Of a stretch of 33,286 nt of DNA, positions 26,367-33,286 are shown one piece after another. The notes beneath the pieces are model-generated. The model did no database searches, was not told the DNA's origin, and saw nothing but the letters and a program-made list of their open reading frames with translations. The position numbers and the translations under genes are program-made. The stretch is from an uncultured Deinococcales bacterium (GTDB lineage Bacteria > Deinococcota > Deinococci > Deinococcales > JAAFIG01), in NCBI GenBank assembly GCA_964244895.1, contig CAXTKV010000034.1, forward strand, positions 1 through 33,286, written 5' to 3'. The first letter of the stretch is position 1. Each line of letters opens with the position of its first letter.

Positions 26367-28133
26367 TCAAAGCGCTTCGACGTTGGAGCGCAGTTCCAGG
26401 GTGCGGCTTTGCAGCGCGCCAGCTTCGGTTTCGGCGCTCTCCAGGCGTTCGGTTTCGGCGCGGATGAAACGCGTGTACGGCGCGGTCGCGTCGCGCAACC
26501 GGGAAGCTGCGCGTTCCGTCTCGAGGGCGTACTCGCGCTTCAGGACTTCGTGCAGGCGGGATCGGGTCTCGGTCACGCGCTTGCGGAGTTCTTCTTTGGC
26601 CTGAGCGCGTTTGCGAGGCAGGATGAACGCGCCCAGCCCGACCGCTGCCGCGCCGATCAGGATGCCGGTGAAATCCGCCGCCAGTCCGCCCAGCACCGCG
26701 ATCAGCACGCCGCCCAGCCCGATGCCGCCGACGCCTGCCACGCCGGACTGGATCACGGCGGATTGGGCGTCCTGCGCCAGCCTGCGGGCGAAAGCCTCGC
26801 GGTCGAAACCCTCGATTTCCTGGCGGGCGCTCTGCCCGATGGTTTCAAGCAAACCCTGACGGTCGTACTGAAAGCGCGCGCCCTGAATCAGGCTCTCGCG
26901 GGTTTGCGCGCCCGGCATCTGGGCGCTGGTGGCGGCTTTGGAGCGATCGGAAATGAAGGCCAGCGTGTCGTCCCAGAAGTGGATGTTGCGCTCGATGAAG
27001 CGGTCAATGACTTCGTTGACGCGCCGCTCGAGTTGCGCGGGGGCGTCCGCCACCACGGTGCGCTCGAATTCGGCCCTGATCTTGTCGGAATTCAGCAGAT
27101 CGAGCGTTCTGGAGAGGCGCAAGGTTTCGTCCAGGTAGATCTCGCCGCGCTTCTGAAGTCCGTCCAGCACGCTGTCTATTCCCTTGAAGTGCGCGTCCAG
27201 ATCCCGCTCGAGATCGCGCGAATGCACCTCGAGTTGGCGTTCCAGGTCGTTCAGCGTGCCCGTGTCGGCCTTCAGGACTTCCAATCCCGCCAGTGCGCGG
27301 TCGCGCGATCGTTCGGCCAGCCGCAGGGCCACACCGATGGGCGATAAAAGCTTCAGTTTCGCGCGGTCGCGCTCCTGCAAGGTCTGGCGCAGGAACTCTT
27401 GCAGGTCATCGAATCCCGCGTCGCCGCCCGTCTCGAGTGCGCGTTCGTGCCGCCTGACGCTGACCATGAACACGCGCGGCGCGCTGCCCAGCACCTCGCG
27501 CGCGTTGCGAGCCACGAACGATTCGACCTCCTCGAGCTGCGCCGGGGTTTCCAGCAAGTCCACCTTGTTGACGACCACGATCACCTTGCGACCCCAGGCT
27601 TTGGCCAGCGCCATGAACTGCCGTTCGGATTCCGTGAATGGCCGATCCGCGCTGGTCATGAACAACACCAGATCGGCGCGCGGCAAGAAACCTTCCGTCA
27701 GCGCCTGGTGGCGGCGAATCACGGCGTTCGTGCCGGGCGTGTCCACCAGCGCGACCCCCTCCAGAAACTGGAACGGCAACTCGCGCCGCACCACGAATTC
27801 GTCCACCGCTGCGCTCGCTTCCAGACCCGTCTGGTACGGCGCAGTTCTGTCCTGCGCGCCGTGAACCAGAATCGAAATCCGATCCGTGGTCGGCGTGACG
27901 CCCTCCTGGAGCACGTCCTGTCCCAGCAAGGCGTTCAGGATGCTGGACTTGCCGGAGTTGAACTCACCGACGACCACCAGCAGGAAGGTTTCCTCGAGGT
28001 TTCGGGCCGCCACTCGAGCCTCGCGCGATTCGTTTTCGGGCGCGCCCGCCCGCGCCAGGTGATCGGCCAGATCGCCCAGCACGTCGCGTTCCTGCGCGAT
28101 CAGCGCGCGCACTTCCGGCGCGACCAGATTCAT
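26367..28133 (-). CDS. Dynamin-like (mitofusin/FZL-like) GTPase
   Basis: G1 VVGEFNSGKSS, G2 PTT, G3 LVDTPGTN, G4 VNKVD; helical stalk; Gly-rich hydrophobic hairpin GVAGVGGIGLGGVLIAVLGG..GLGAFILP. Start chosen at ATG 28133. Confidence 0.9.
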   Translation of the reverse strand: MNLVAPEVRALIAQERDVLGDLADHLARAGAPENESREARVAARNLEETFLLVVVGEFNSGKSSILNALLGQDVLQEGVTPTTDRISILVHGAQDRTAPYQTGLEASAAVDEFVVRRELPFQFLEGVALVDTPGTNAVIRRHQALTEGFLPRADLVLFMTSADRPFTESERQFMALAKAWGRKVIVVVNKVDLLETPAQLEEVESFVARNAREVLGSAPRVFMVSVRRHERALETGGDAGFDDLQEFLRQTLQERDRAKLKLLSPIGVALRLAERSRDRALAGLEVLKADTGTLNDLERQLEVHSRDLERDLDAHFKGIDSVLDGLQKRGEIYLDETLRLSRTLDLLNSDKIRAEFERTVVADAPAQLERRVNEVIDRFIERNIHFWDDTLAFISDRSKAATSAQMPGAQTRESLIQGARFQYDRQGLLETIGQSARQEIEGFDREAFARRLAQDAQSAVIQSGVAGVGGIGLGGVLIAVLGGLAADFTGILIGAAAVGLGAFILPRKRAQAKEELRKRVTETRSRLHEVLKREYALETERAASRLRDATAPYTRFIRAETERLESAETEAGALQSRTLELRSNVEAL

Positions 28134-28301
28134 CTGCGCGCTTCCAGCACGACGGGATTCATGCCCAGACGTTAACACGCGTGCAGTACCCGAGAATCCG
28201 CATCTCGAATCGGTCAGTTCGTGGCGACCCTCCGTCTCGAGCATCGCGAAAGCTGATGCTCGGGCCACCGCCCTGTCGCATGTGGATGGGGGGAAGTTAA
28301 G

Positions 28302-28347
28302 AACACCGTCCGGCACGTGAATCATAAAATGCGTCCGCGACGGTGTT
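28302..28347. repeat. Full 46-bp bipartite dispersed element
   Basis: AACAC-CGT-ccggc-ACG-tgaatcataaaatg-CGT-ccgcg-ACG-GTGTT, followed directly by CTCGAG. Confidence 0.9.
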
Positions 28348-28354
28348 CTCGAGT

Positions 28355-29272
28355 TCAGACGGCGTGTTCGACGGACAGCGCCTCGAGCCTGGCCTCGTGA
28401 CCGGCGATCTCGGGGATCGCGTCGGCGGGCAGGTCTTTTTTGACGACCGCCAGCGCGAAGAACGCGCCTTCCCCGTCGAAGGCGCACGAACCGATCTGGC
28501 CGACCTCGCGCCCGCCCAGGTGGATCGGTGCGCCGGAACTCACCTCGCGCTTGAATCGCGCGCGCGCCAGAAGACGGTTGGTGTGGCCTCGAGCCTCGAG
28601 CCTCGCCATGATTTCCTGACCGATGTAGCAGCCCTTGCGGTACGACACGGCCCCTTCCAGACCGCATTCCTGGGGCAGCATCCCGGTGAAATGGTCGCGG
28701 TGCGCGTCGGATTGACCGCTCAGAATTCTGAAATGCTCGAGCTGACCGACGCTCATGCTTTGCACGCGCCTGGATTCCAGCCATTTGATCAGCTTCTCGG
28801 ATTCACCGGAGAGCGCGTGCAGGTCGAAACCGTCCGCGTTGCCCCGGTTGGTGCGCGCGACCAGCAGCGTGCCCGCGAAGGTCGGGAGCTGCTGCACGGC
28901 TGCGCCCGCCGTATCGAAGCCCAGCCCCACCATCAGATCGGTCGCACCCTCGCCGGAGACGTGCGTGACCCGGATCCGATCCGAGATGTCCTCGAGCTTC
29001 ACGTCGTCGATCACGATGTAGCGTTTCAACCGCGCGATCACGTCCGATGCCAGGCCACCCGCCGTGTGGACGTACAGATCCTGTTGGGCGTCCCTGCGGT
29101 AGACGCGCAGGTCGAACTCGATCTGACCTTTGGCGTTCAGGATCAGCGTTCGCGTCCCACCCGGCGCGGGCAATCCTTTGATGTCATTGCTGGTCTGACC
29201 GTGCAGGAATTCCAGGCGATCCGCGCCCGTCAGACGGACTGCACCGGACAGAATCGATGTGAAACGCACCAT
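28355..29272 (-). CDS. ygfZ: Folate-binding protein YgfZ (GcvT family)
   Basis: GADRLEFLHGQTSND, LNAKGQI, AVSYRKGCYIGQEIMARL (KGCY.GQE signature). ATG 29272 has TAGACT 7 nt upstream. Confidence 0.92.
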   Translation of the reverse strand: MVRFTSILSGAVRLTGADRLEFLHGQTSNDIKGLPAPGGTRTLILNAKGQIEFDLRVYRRDAQQDLYVHTAGGLASDVIARLKRYIVIDDVKLEDISDRIRVTHVSGEGATDLMVGLGFDTAGAAVQQLPTFAGTLLVARTNRGNADGFDLHALSGESEKLIKWLESRRVQSMSVGQLEHFRILSGQSDAHRDHFTGMLPQECGLEGAVSYRKGCYIGQEIMARLEARGHTNRLLARARFKREVSSGAPIHLGGREVGQIGSCAFDGEGAFFALAVVKKDLPADAIPEIAGHEARLEALSVEHAV

Positions 29273-29489
29273 GCCCGAAAGTCTATTCCTGTTGGCCTGC
29301 AATCAACACGCGCTTTCTTGCATTTTTGCGCTCGAGGCGTCTCGAGTATTCGCTGACTGACAAATGAGATTCCGCGATGAATCTTTCGAGATCGGATTAC
29401 CATTCCTTTTTGAAGCGGTGTCTAAAGTGTGTCAATCTTTCCCGGCGATGGGTGGTGCACTCGGGCGCGGCGGAGGATGCGGAGGTTCC

Positions 29490-29903
29490 ATGCGAAGAAT
29501 TCCGGTCGCCACCGTCCTCGCGCTCACCGCCCTCAGCTTCGGCCCGGCCCTGCTCTCGCGAGCCTGGGCGGACGTGACCTCCACGCCGATCGAACAAAAC
29601 GAGAAGATTCAACTGGCCATTCAGGAGCTCTACGACAATGTTCCCGGCATGACCTGCGAGGACAGCGACAACTGGTCGATTGAGGGAGGCCTGGACGCCG
29701 CCGGTGATTTCATTCAGTCCGAAGTCGGTGCGCGCGGTTGGGATGTGGTCGATCACGGCGCGCTGGAGCACAGTTACGCCATCGTGCTCGATCCCGACCC
29801 GAGCGATGAGCGCGCGGTCGCCATCGCCGGGTTGATCGAGGAATCCCAGACCACGACCTTCGTGTTTCTGGAGCGCTGCACGCTGCCCGAAAAAAGTCAG
29901 TGA
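29490..29903 (+). CDS. Secreted hypothetical protein (acidic)
   Basis: GGAGG RBS; MRRIPVATVLALTALSFGPALLSRAWA signal peptide with AWA cleavage; two Cys. Confidence 0.7.
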   Translation: MRRIPVATVLALTALSFGPALLSRAWADVTSTPIEQNEKIQLAIQELYDNVPGMTCEDSDNWSIEGGLDAAGDFIQSEVGARGWDVVDHGALEHSYAIVLDPDPSDERAVAIAGLIEESQTTTFVFLERCTLPEKSQ

Positions 29904-29947
29904 AGGCTGGAAGCTCGAGCGTATTGACTCGCTCGAGCTTCCAGCCT
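29904..29947. terminator. 18-bp perfect inverted repeat between convergent genes
   Basis: AGGCTGGAAGCTCGAGCG-tattgact-CGCTCGAGCTTCCAGCCT, directly after the stop codon. Each arm contains CTCGAG. Confidence 0.55.
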
Positions 29948-29948
29948 A

Positions 29949-30004
29949 AACACCGTCCAGCACGCGTTGTCTCGAGTCTCGAGGAATGCGTGCTGGACGG
30001 TGTT
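29949..30004. repeat. Bipartite dispersed element with a 24-bp spacer (56 bp)
   Basis: AACAC-CGT-ccagc-ACG-cgttgtctcgagtctcgaggaatg-CGT-gctgg-ACG-GTGTT. Confidence 0.9.
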
Positions 30005-30043
30005 CGTATCGCAATCAAGAATCCTGAAGTCTCGAGTTTCCCG

Positions 30044-31552
30044 TCAGCGCACGTCGATCTTATCGAGGTTCAACCAGTTGCTGCTGCCCTTGCCGGAATT
30101 GAAGATCAGCGAAACCGTGTTCGATCCGGCCTGAAGCGGCACGTTGACCGTGACCGTGGCGTAATTGCCCCAGCCGCCCGTGCCAGCAAAGCTCTGGTTG
30201 GCGACCACGTCCGCGCCGTTGGCGTACACCAGGCGGCTGGCGTTGCCCGCCCCAGCCGCGTACCGGAAGACGATCGTGGCCGTGCGAGCGCTCGGGCTGT
30301 TGACCGCGAAATCCACCCACTTGCCGTCCGCGTTCCAGCCCGCCACGTAACCCGTGCCGGAATACCCCGCGTAGGTGCTTTCCGTGCCCAGGTTGTGCAG
30401 CACGCCGTTCTCGGCCTCGTAGACGGTTGCGCTCGAGGTGGGCGGCGCGGTCGTCTCGCCGCCCGCGTTCAGCAAGGCCACCTCGCCGATCAATAAGGCA
30501 CCGGACGCTTGCGTGGCCTCGTCCACGCCATCGAACGGCCCGGCCCATTTCAGGCCCAGCCCGTTGCTCGAGTCGCGGCTCGAGTTCCAGAGGCTGTTGG
30601 CGTTATTCGAAAGGTACGCGCCGTAGGCGGGCTTGTTGCCGCGATCCGCGTTGTAAAGCCGGGAAAGCCCCTGCGCGAAGATGCCCTTGAACATCTTTCC
30701 ATCGCCATCGCAGCCGCCAGCCTCGCAGGGTTCGCGCAGGACGCCGTTCGGGGATTGGGTGTTGATCGTGGCCTCCGCGATCTGCTCGGCATCGAACAGG
30801 TGGCCCCGGTCGCCATCGATCCGCCACAACTCGACCAAGCCGCCCAGGATCACGCCCTGGTTGTACGTCCAGGTGGTGCCGTTGTTGTTCTGACAGGATG
30901 CGTTCAAGCCGTCGTTGACCAGGTGCGAACCGTTGATCATGCCGGTGTTCTTGAACCAGTTCCATTCCCTGTTGGCCCAATCAAAATAGCTGCCCGCGCC
31001 CGTGCCGTTGGGTGCGCGCCGGTGCAGTTTGGTGGCGGCCAGCAAGAAGAGTTCGTTGGTGATGGCGTTCTTGTAATTCCGGTCGGTGCTCCACCACAGC
31101 CCGCCGCCGCAGGTGCCATCCCAGGCGCTGGTCATGACGGTGAAAATGGCTGCGGCCTCGTTGAGAAATTTGGGGTCGCTGGTCACGTCCCAGGCGCGTA
31201 ACCAGGCGTTCAAATACCAGCCGTCGTCGTCGTAGTAGTTCGAGCGCCGACCCACGTACCGGGAAAAGGACGTGTTGATGATGTTCAGGTATCTGGCGTC
31301 CCTGGTGCGCTGGTAGGTGTTGATCACGGCGTCCAGCCCGAGCGCGGGCTGCCAGGCTTCTCCGGTCGGGGTGATCCAGACGCCTGTGTTCGGGTCGTTG
31401 AAGCTCAGCAGTTTCGTGATGGCGGCGTTGTCGCGGTCTTCGGCCACGCCGAGGCTGCGGATGGTGGTCTGGTCACTGATGGCGGCGCTCTGGACGCAGC
31501 CGACGCTCAGCGTGCCCAGGATGATCAGGCTGATGGTGCCGATTGATCGCAT
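30044..31552 (-). CDS. GH76 endo-alpha-1,6-mannanase-like lipoprotein with C-terminal CBM35/CBM6-like module
   Basis: SVGC lipobox; YYDDDGW (catalytic DD), CGGGLWW, YKNAITNELF, WTYNQG, FKGIF; C-terminal YEAE..GYSGTGYVAG..LNLDKI. GAGGAG RBS before ATG 31552. Confidence 0.9.
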   Translation of the reverse strand: MRSIGTISLIILGTLSVGCVQSAAISDQTTIRSLGVAEDRDNAAITKLLSFNDPNTGVWITPTGEAWQPALGLDAVINTYQRTRDARYLNIINTSFSRYVGRRSNYYDDDGWYLNAWLRAWDVTSDPKFLNEAAAIFTVMTSAWDGTCGGGLWWSTDRNYKNAITNELFLLAATKLHRRAPNGTGAGSYFDWANREWNWFKNTGMINGSHLVNDGLNASCQNNNGTTWTYNQGVILGGLVELWRIDGDRGHLFDAEQIAEATINTQSPNGVLREPCEAGGCDGDGKMFKGIFAQGLSRLYNADRGNKPAYGAYLSNNANSLWNSSRDSSNGLGLKWAGPFDGVDEATQASGALLIGEVALLNAGGETTAPPTSSATVYEAENGVLHNLGTESTYAGYSGTGYVAGWNADGKWVDFAVNSPSARTATIVFRYAAGAGNASRLVYANGADVVANQSFAGTGGWGNYATVTVNVPLQAGSNTVSLIFNSGKGSSNWLNLDKIDVR

Positions 31553-31619
31553 GCGGTCACTCCTCGCCCCGCGAATCGGGTTCGCGGGTTCGTTGGTGTG
31601 GGCTGGGTTTTGGGCGGGT

Positions 31620-33017
31620 TCAATCGCCCGTGACGAACGCGGGGTCTGGATCGGGTTGAGCATCCTTGAGCATGCTGGGTTGGGCATCCTCGAGAGCGCC
31701 AAGTCCAGCGTCTTCAGGCGCGCTGAGTCCGTGAGTCTCGAGCGCGCTGAGTCCAGCGACCTCGAGCGCCAGTTCGGCGAACAGGCTGTTGGCCCAGCCG
31801 AACCACTCGCGGGTGAAATCGGCGGGATCGTCCGGGTTCAGGCTCTCGTGCATCGCGCCCGTGCCTGCGGTGGTCGCCAGGAGCGTCTCGAGCGCCCAAT
31901 CGCGTTCCCGGTCGTCGCTGGCGGTCAGGCCCTGCATGGCGATGGCCAGCGGCCAGACGCGGCGTCCCGGTGTGTGCGGGCTGCCGATGCCGCTGGCGTG
32001 GCTGCCGGAATGGTAGTGCGGGTTGTCCGGACTGAGCGCGAAACGGCGCGTGTTCTGATAGACCGGATCGCTGGCGGGTCGGTAGCCCAGGTACGGGATC
32101 GAGAGCAGGCTGGGCACGTTGGCATCGTCCATCAGGAGCTGGTTTCCCAGGCCGTCCACCTCGTAGGCGTAGATCCGACCAAATTGTGGGTGTTCCACGA
32201 CGGCGTGATCCCGGATGCCGCGCTCGATTTCCTCGCGCAGCGCCAGGGCGTTCTCGGCCAGCGCATCGTCACCGAACACGGCTCCGGCGATTTCAGCCAG
32301 GTGCTCGAGTTCGACGACCGCCATCATGTTGGCCGGAACCAGATAGCCGTAGGTGCAGGCGTCGTCCGATGGGCGGAAGCCCGACCAGACCATGCCCGTG
32401 TAAGCGACCGGTGCGCCGCGCCCGCCGTGGGTCAGCGTGTCGGTCGGCAGCAATCTGGGTTCGGGGCGCTCGAACAGGTACGGGGAATCCCCGTGGTGCT
32501 GTTCGGTGCGCATGACGCCCACGATGGTCTCGAGGGCGCGGTGGACGGTTGTTGTGAAGGGGGTGGCGTCGTCGGTGGCCTTCCAGTAGCGGTGCGCCAG
32601 CCGAATGGGGTAGCACAACGAATCCAGCTCGAACTTGCGCTCCCAGACCCACGGGCTCTGGGCGGGGCGGTCGGTGGTGTGGCCGTGCCCGTTGGCTTCG
32701 GGGTTGAAGGCGTTGGCGTAAGGATCGATCAGCAGGCAGGCCGCGTGCCGACGGATCAGGCCGCCGATCACGCGCCGCAAGCCCGCGTCGTGCGCGGCCA
32801 ACGGCACGTAAGGGTTGACTTGCGCGGCGGAATCGCGCAACCACATGGCGGGAATATCGCCGGTAATCACGAAGCTCGTGCCGTCCGGCATCAACTGAAC
32901 GGTCGTCTCGAGGGTGTTCGGGAAGCACCGTGCGAAGCCGCGACCGACGGCTGGGCTTTGAGCGAACCGCTGTTGCAGCGCCCGGACGGTGCGTTGTATT
33001 GAAGGGTAAGCGTCCAC
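31620..33017 (-). CDS. GH125 exo-alpha-1,6-mannosidase-like protein
   Basis: FVITGDIPAMWLRDS, DPYANAF, WERKFELDSL, SGFRPSDD, YEVDG, MDDANVPSLL, GSPHT, MHES..FTREWFGWANSLF. GTG start after CAGGAG. Confidence 0.92.
   Translation of the reverse strand: MDAYPSIQRTVRALQQRFAQSPAVGRGFARCFPNTLETTVQLMPDGTSFVITGDIPAMWLRDSAAQVNPYVPLAAHDAGLRRVIGGLIRRHAACLLIDPYANAFNPEANGHGHTTDRPAQSPWVWERKFELDSLCYPIRLAHRYWKATDDATPFTTTVHRALETIVGVMRTEQHHGDSPYLFERPEPRLLPTDTLTHGGRGAPVAYTGMVWSGFRPSDDACTYGYLVPANMMAVVELEHLAEIAGAVFGDDALAENALALREEIERGIRDHAVVEHPQFGRIYAYEVDGLGNQLLMDDANVPSLLSIPYLGYRPASDPVYQNTRRFALSPDNPHYHSGSHASGIGSPHTPGRRVWPLAIAMQGLTASDDRERDWALETLLATTAGTGAMHESLNPDDPADFTREWFGWANSLFAELALEVAGLSALETHGLSAPEDAGLGALEDAQPSMLKDAQPDPDPAFVTGD
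31653..31772 (-). repeat. Degenerate 24-bp tandem repeat, 5 units, encoding the GH125 C-terminal tail
   Basis: Plus-strand units: gggttgagcatccttgagcatgct / gggttgggcatcctcgagagcgcc / aagtccagcgtcttcaggcgcgct / gagtccgtgagtctcgagcgcgct / gagtccagcgacctcgagcgccag. Confidence 0.75.
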
Positions 33018-33087
33018 GGCGGCTCCTGCGGGAATGAAAGTTGGGGTTGATTCCGGTGGCCCGAGAACTCGATTTCGGTGATGCCCG

Positions 33088-33122
33088 AGAACACCGTGCT
33101 GGTCGGTGCCGGTGTTCTCGAG
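33088..33122. repeat. Collapsed/degenerate copy of the dispersed element
   Basis: GAGAACACCGTgctggtcggtgcCGGTGTTCTCGAG, between the SBP and GH125 genes. Confidence 0.6.
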
Positions 33123-33139
33123 ACTGTGCTGGTAAGAGC

Positions 33140-33286
33140 TTACTTGTTGGCGGCGATGATCGCGTTGATCTTGGCGCTGATGTCGTCCAGACCGGTCTTG
33201 GCGTCCACCTTACCGCTCAGGATATCGTTGTAGCTGGCGTTGATCACGTCCCAGGCCTTACCGGACCAGCTTGAGAGGAAGCGCAC
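33140..33286 (-). CDS. 3' end of a probable sugar ABC transporter substrate-binding protein (partial)
   Basis: ...VRFLSSWSGKAWDVINASYNDILSGKVDAKTGLDDISAKINAIIAANK-TAA resembles an extracellular solute-binding protein C-terminus. It lies upstream of GH125/GH76. Confidence 0.6.
   Translation of the reverse strand: MRFLSSWSGKAWDVINASYNDILSGKVDAKTGLDDISAKINAIIAANK

Noticed and set aside
28134..28784. N-terminal extension of the dynamin ORF (805 aa in the track)
   Set aside because: It overlaps ygfZ in another frame and runs through an intergenic repeat; family-like sequence starts at ATG 28133.
9465..30004. The dispersed repeats as a CRISPR array
   Set aside because: Copies are kilobases apart with no repeat-spacer periodicity, and there are no cas genes.
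9465..30004. The elements as integron attC sites (they begin AAC and end GTT)
   Set aside because: Flanks do not fit RYYYAAC/GTTRRRY, 46 bp is shorter than typical attC sites, they border housekeeping genes in all orientations, and there is no integrase.

Overview
GC-rich bacterial chromosomal window, most likely Deinococcota. This is inferred from the GntR-PRODH-P5CDH proline operon, LysN-like aminotransferase, Uma2 nuclease, S8 lipoprotease and several TANNNT-N6/7-ATG leaderless starts. Gene content in order: partial sugar ABC substrate-binding protein, ureidoglycolate-lyase-like cupin, divergent LacI regulator, two convergent c-di-GMP enzymes, a lipoprotein, PLP aminotransferase, Uma2, S8 protease, beta-helix lipoprotein, NTPase-TPR-LuxR regulator, and a large GH13 amylase with a Lys/Ala/Pro tail and HhH domain. 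These are followed by a proline utilisation operon interrupted by a toxin-antitoxin module whose toxin carries an amber stop, a dynamin-like GTPase, YgfZ, a secreted hypothetical, and the end of an alpha-mannan locus (ABC SBP, GH125, GH76-CBM). The most striking signals are at DNA level. (1) A dispersed 46-bp bipartite element, AACAC-CGT-N5-ACG-[14 bp AT-rich]-CGT-N5-ACG-GTGTT, occurs in 7 full copies plus many half-sites; it has fixed spacing and variable N5 cores, and one copy is in-frame inside a gene. (2) The palindrome CTCGAG is roughly 10-fold over-represented (about 125 copies by hand count). No rRNA, tRNA, CRISPR array or transposase was recognised.
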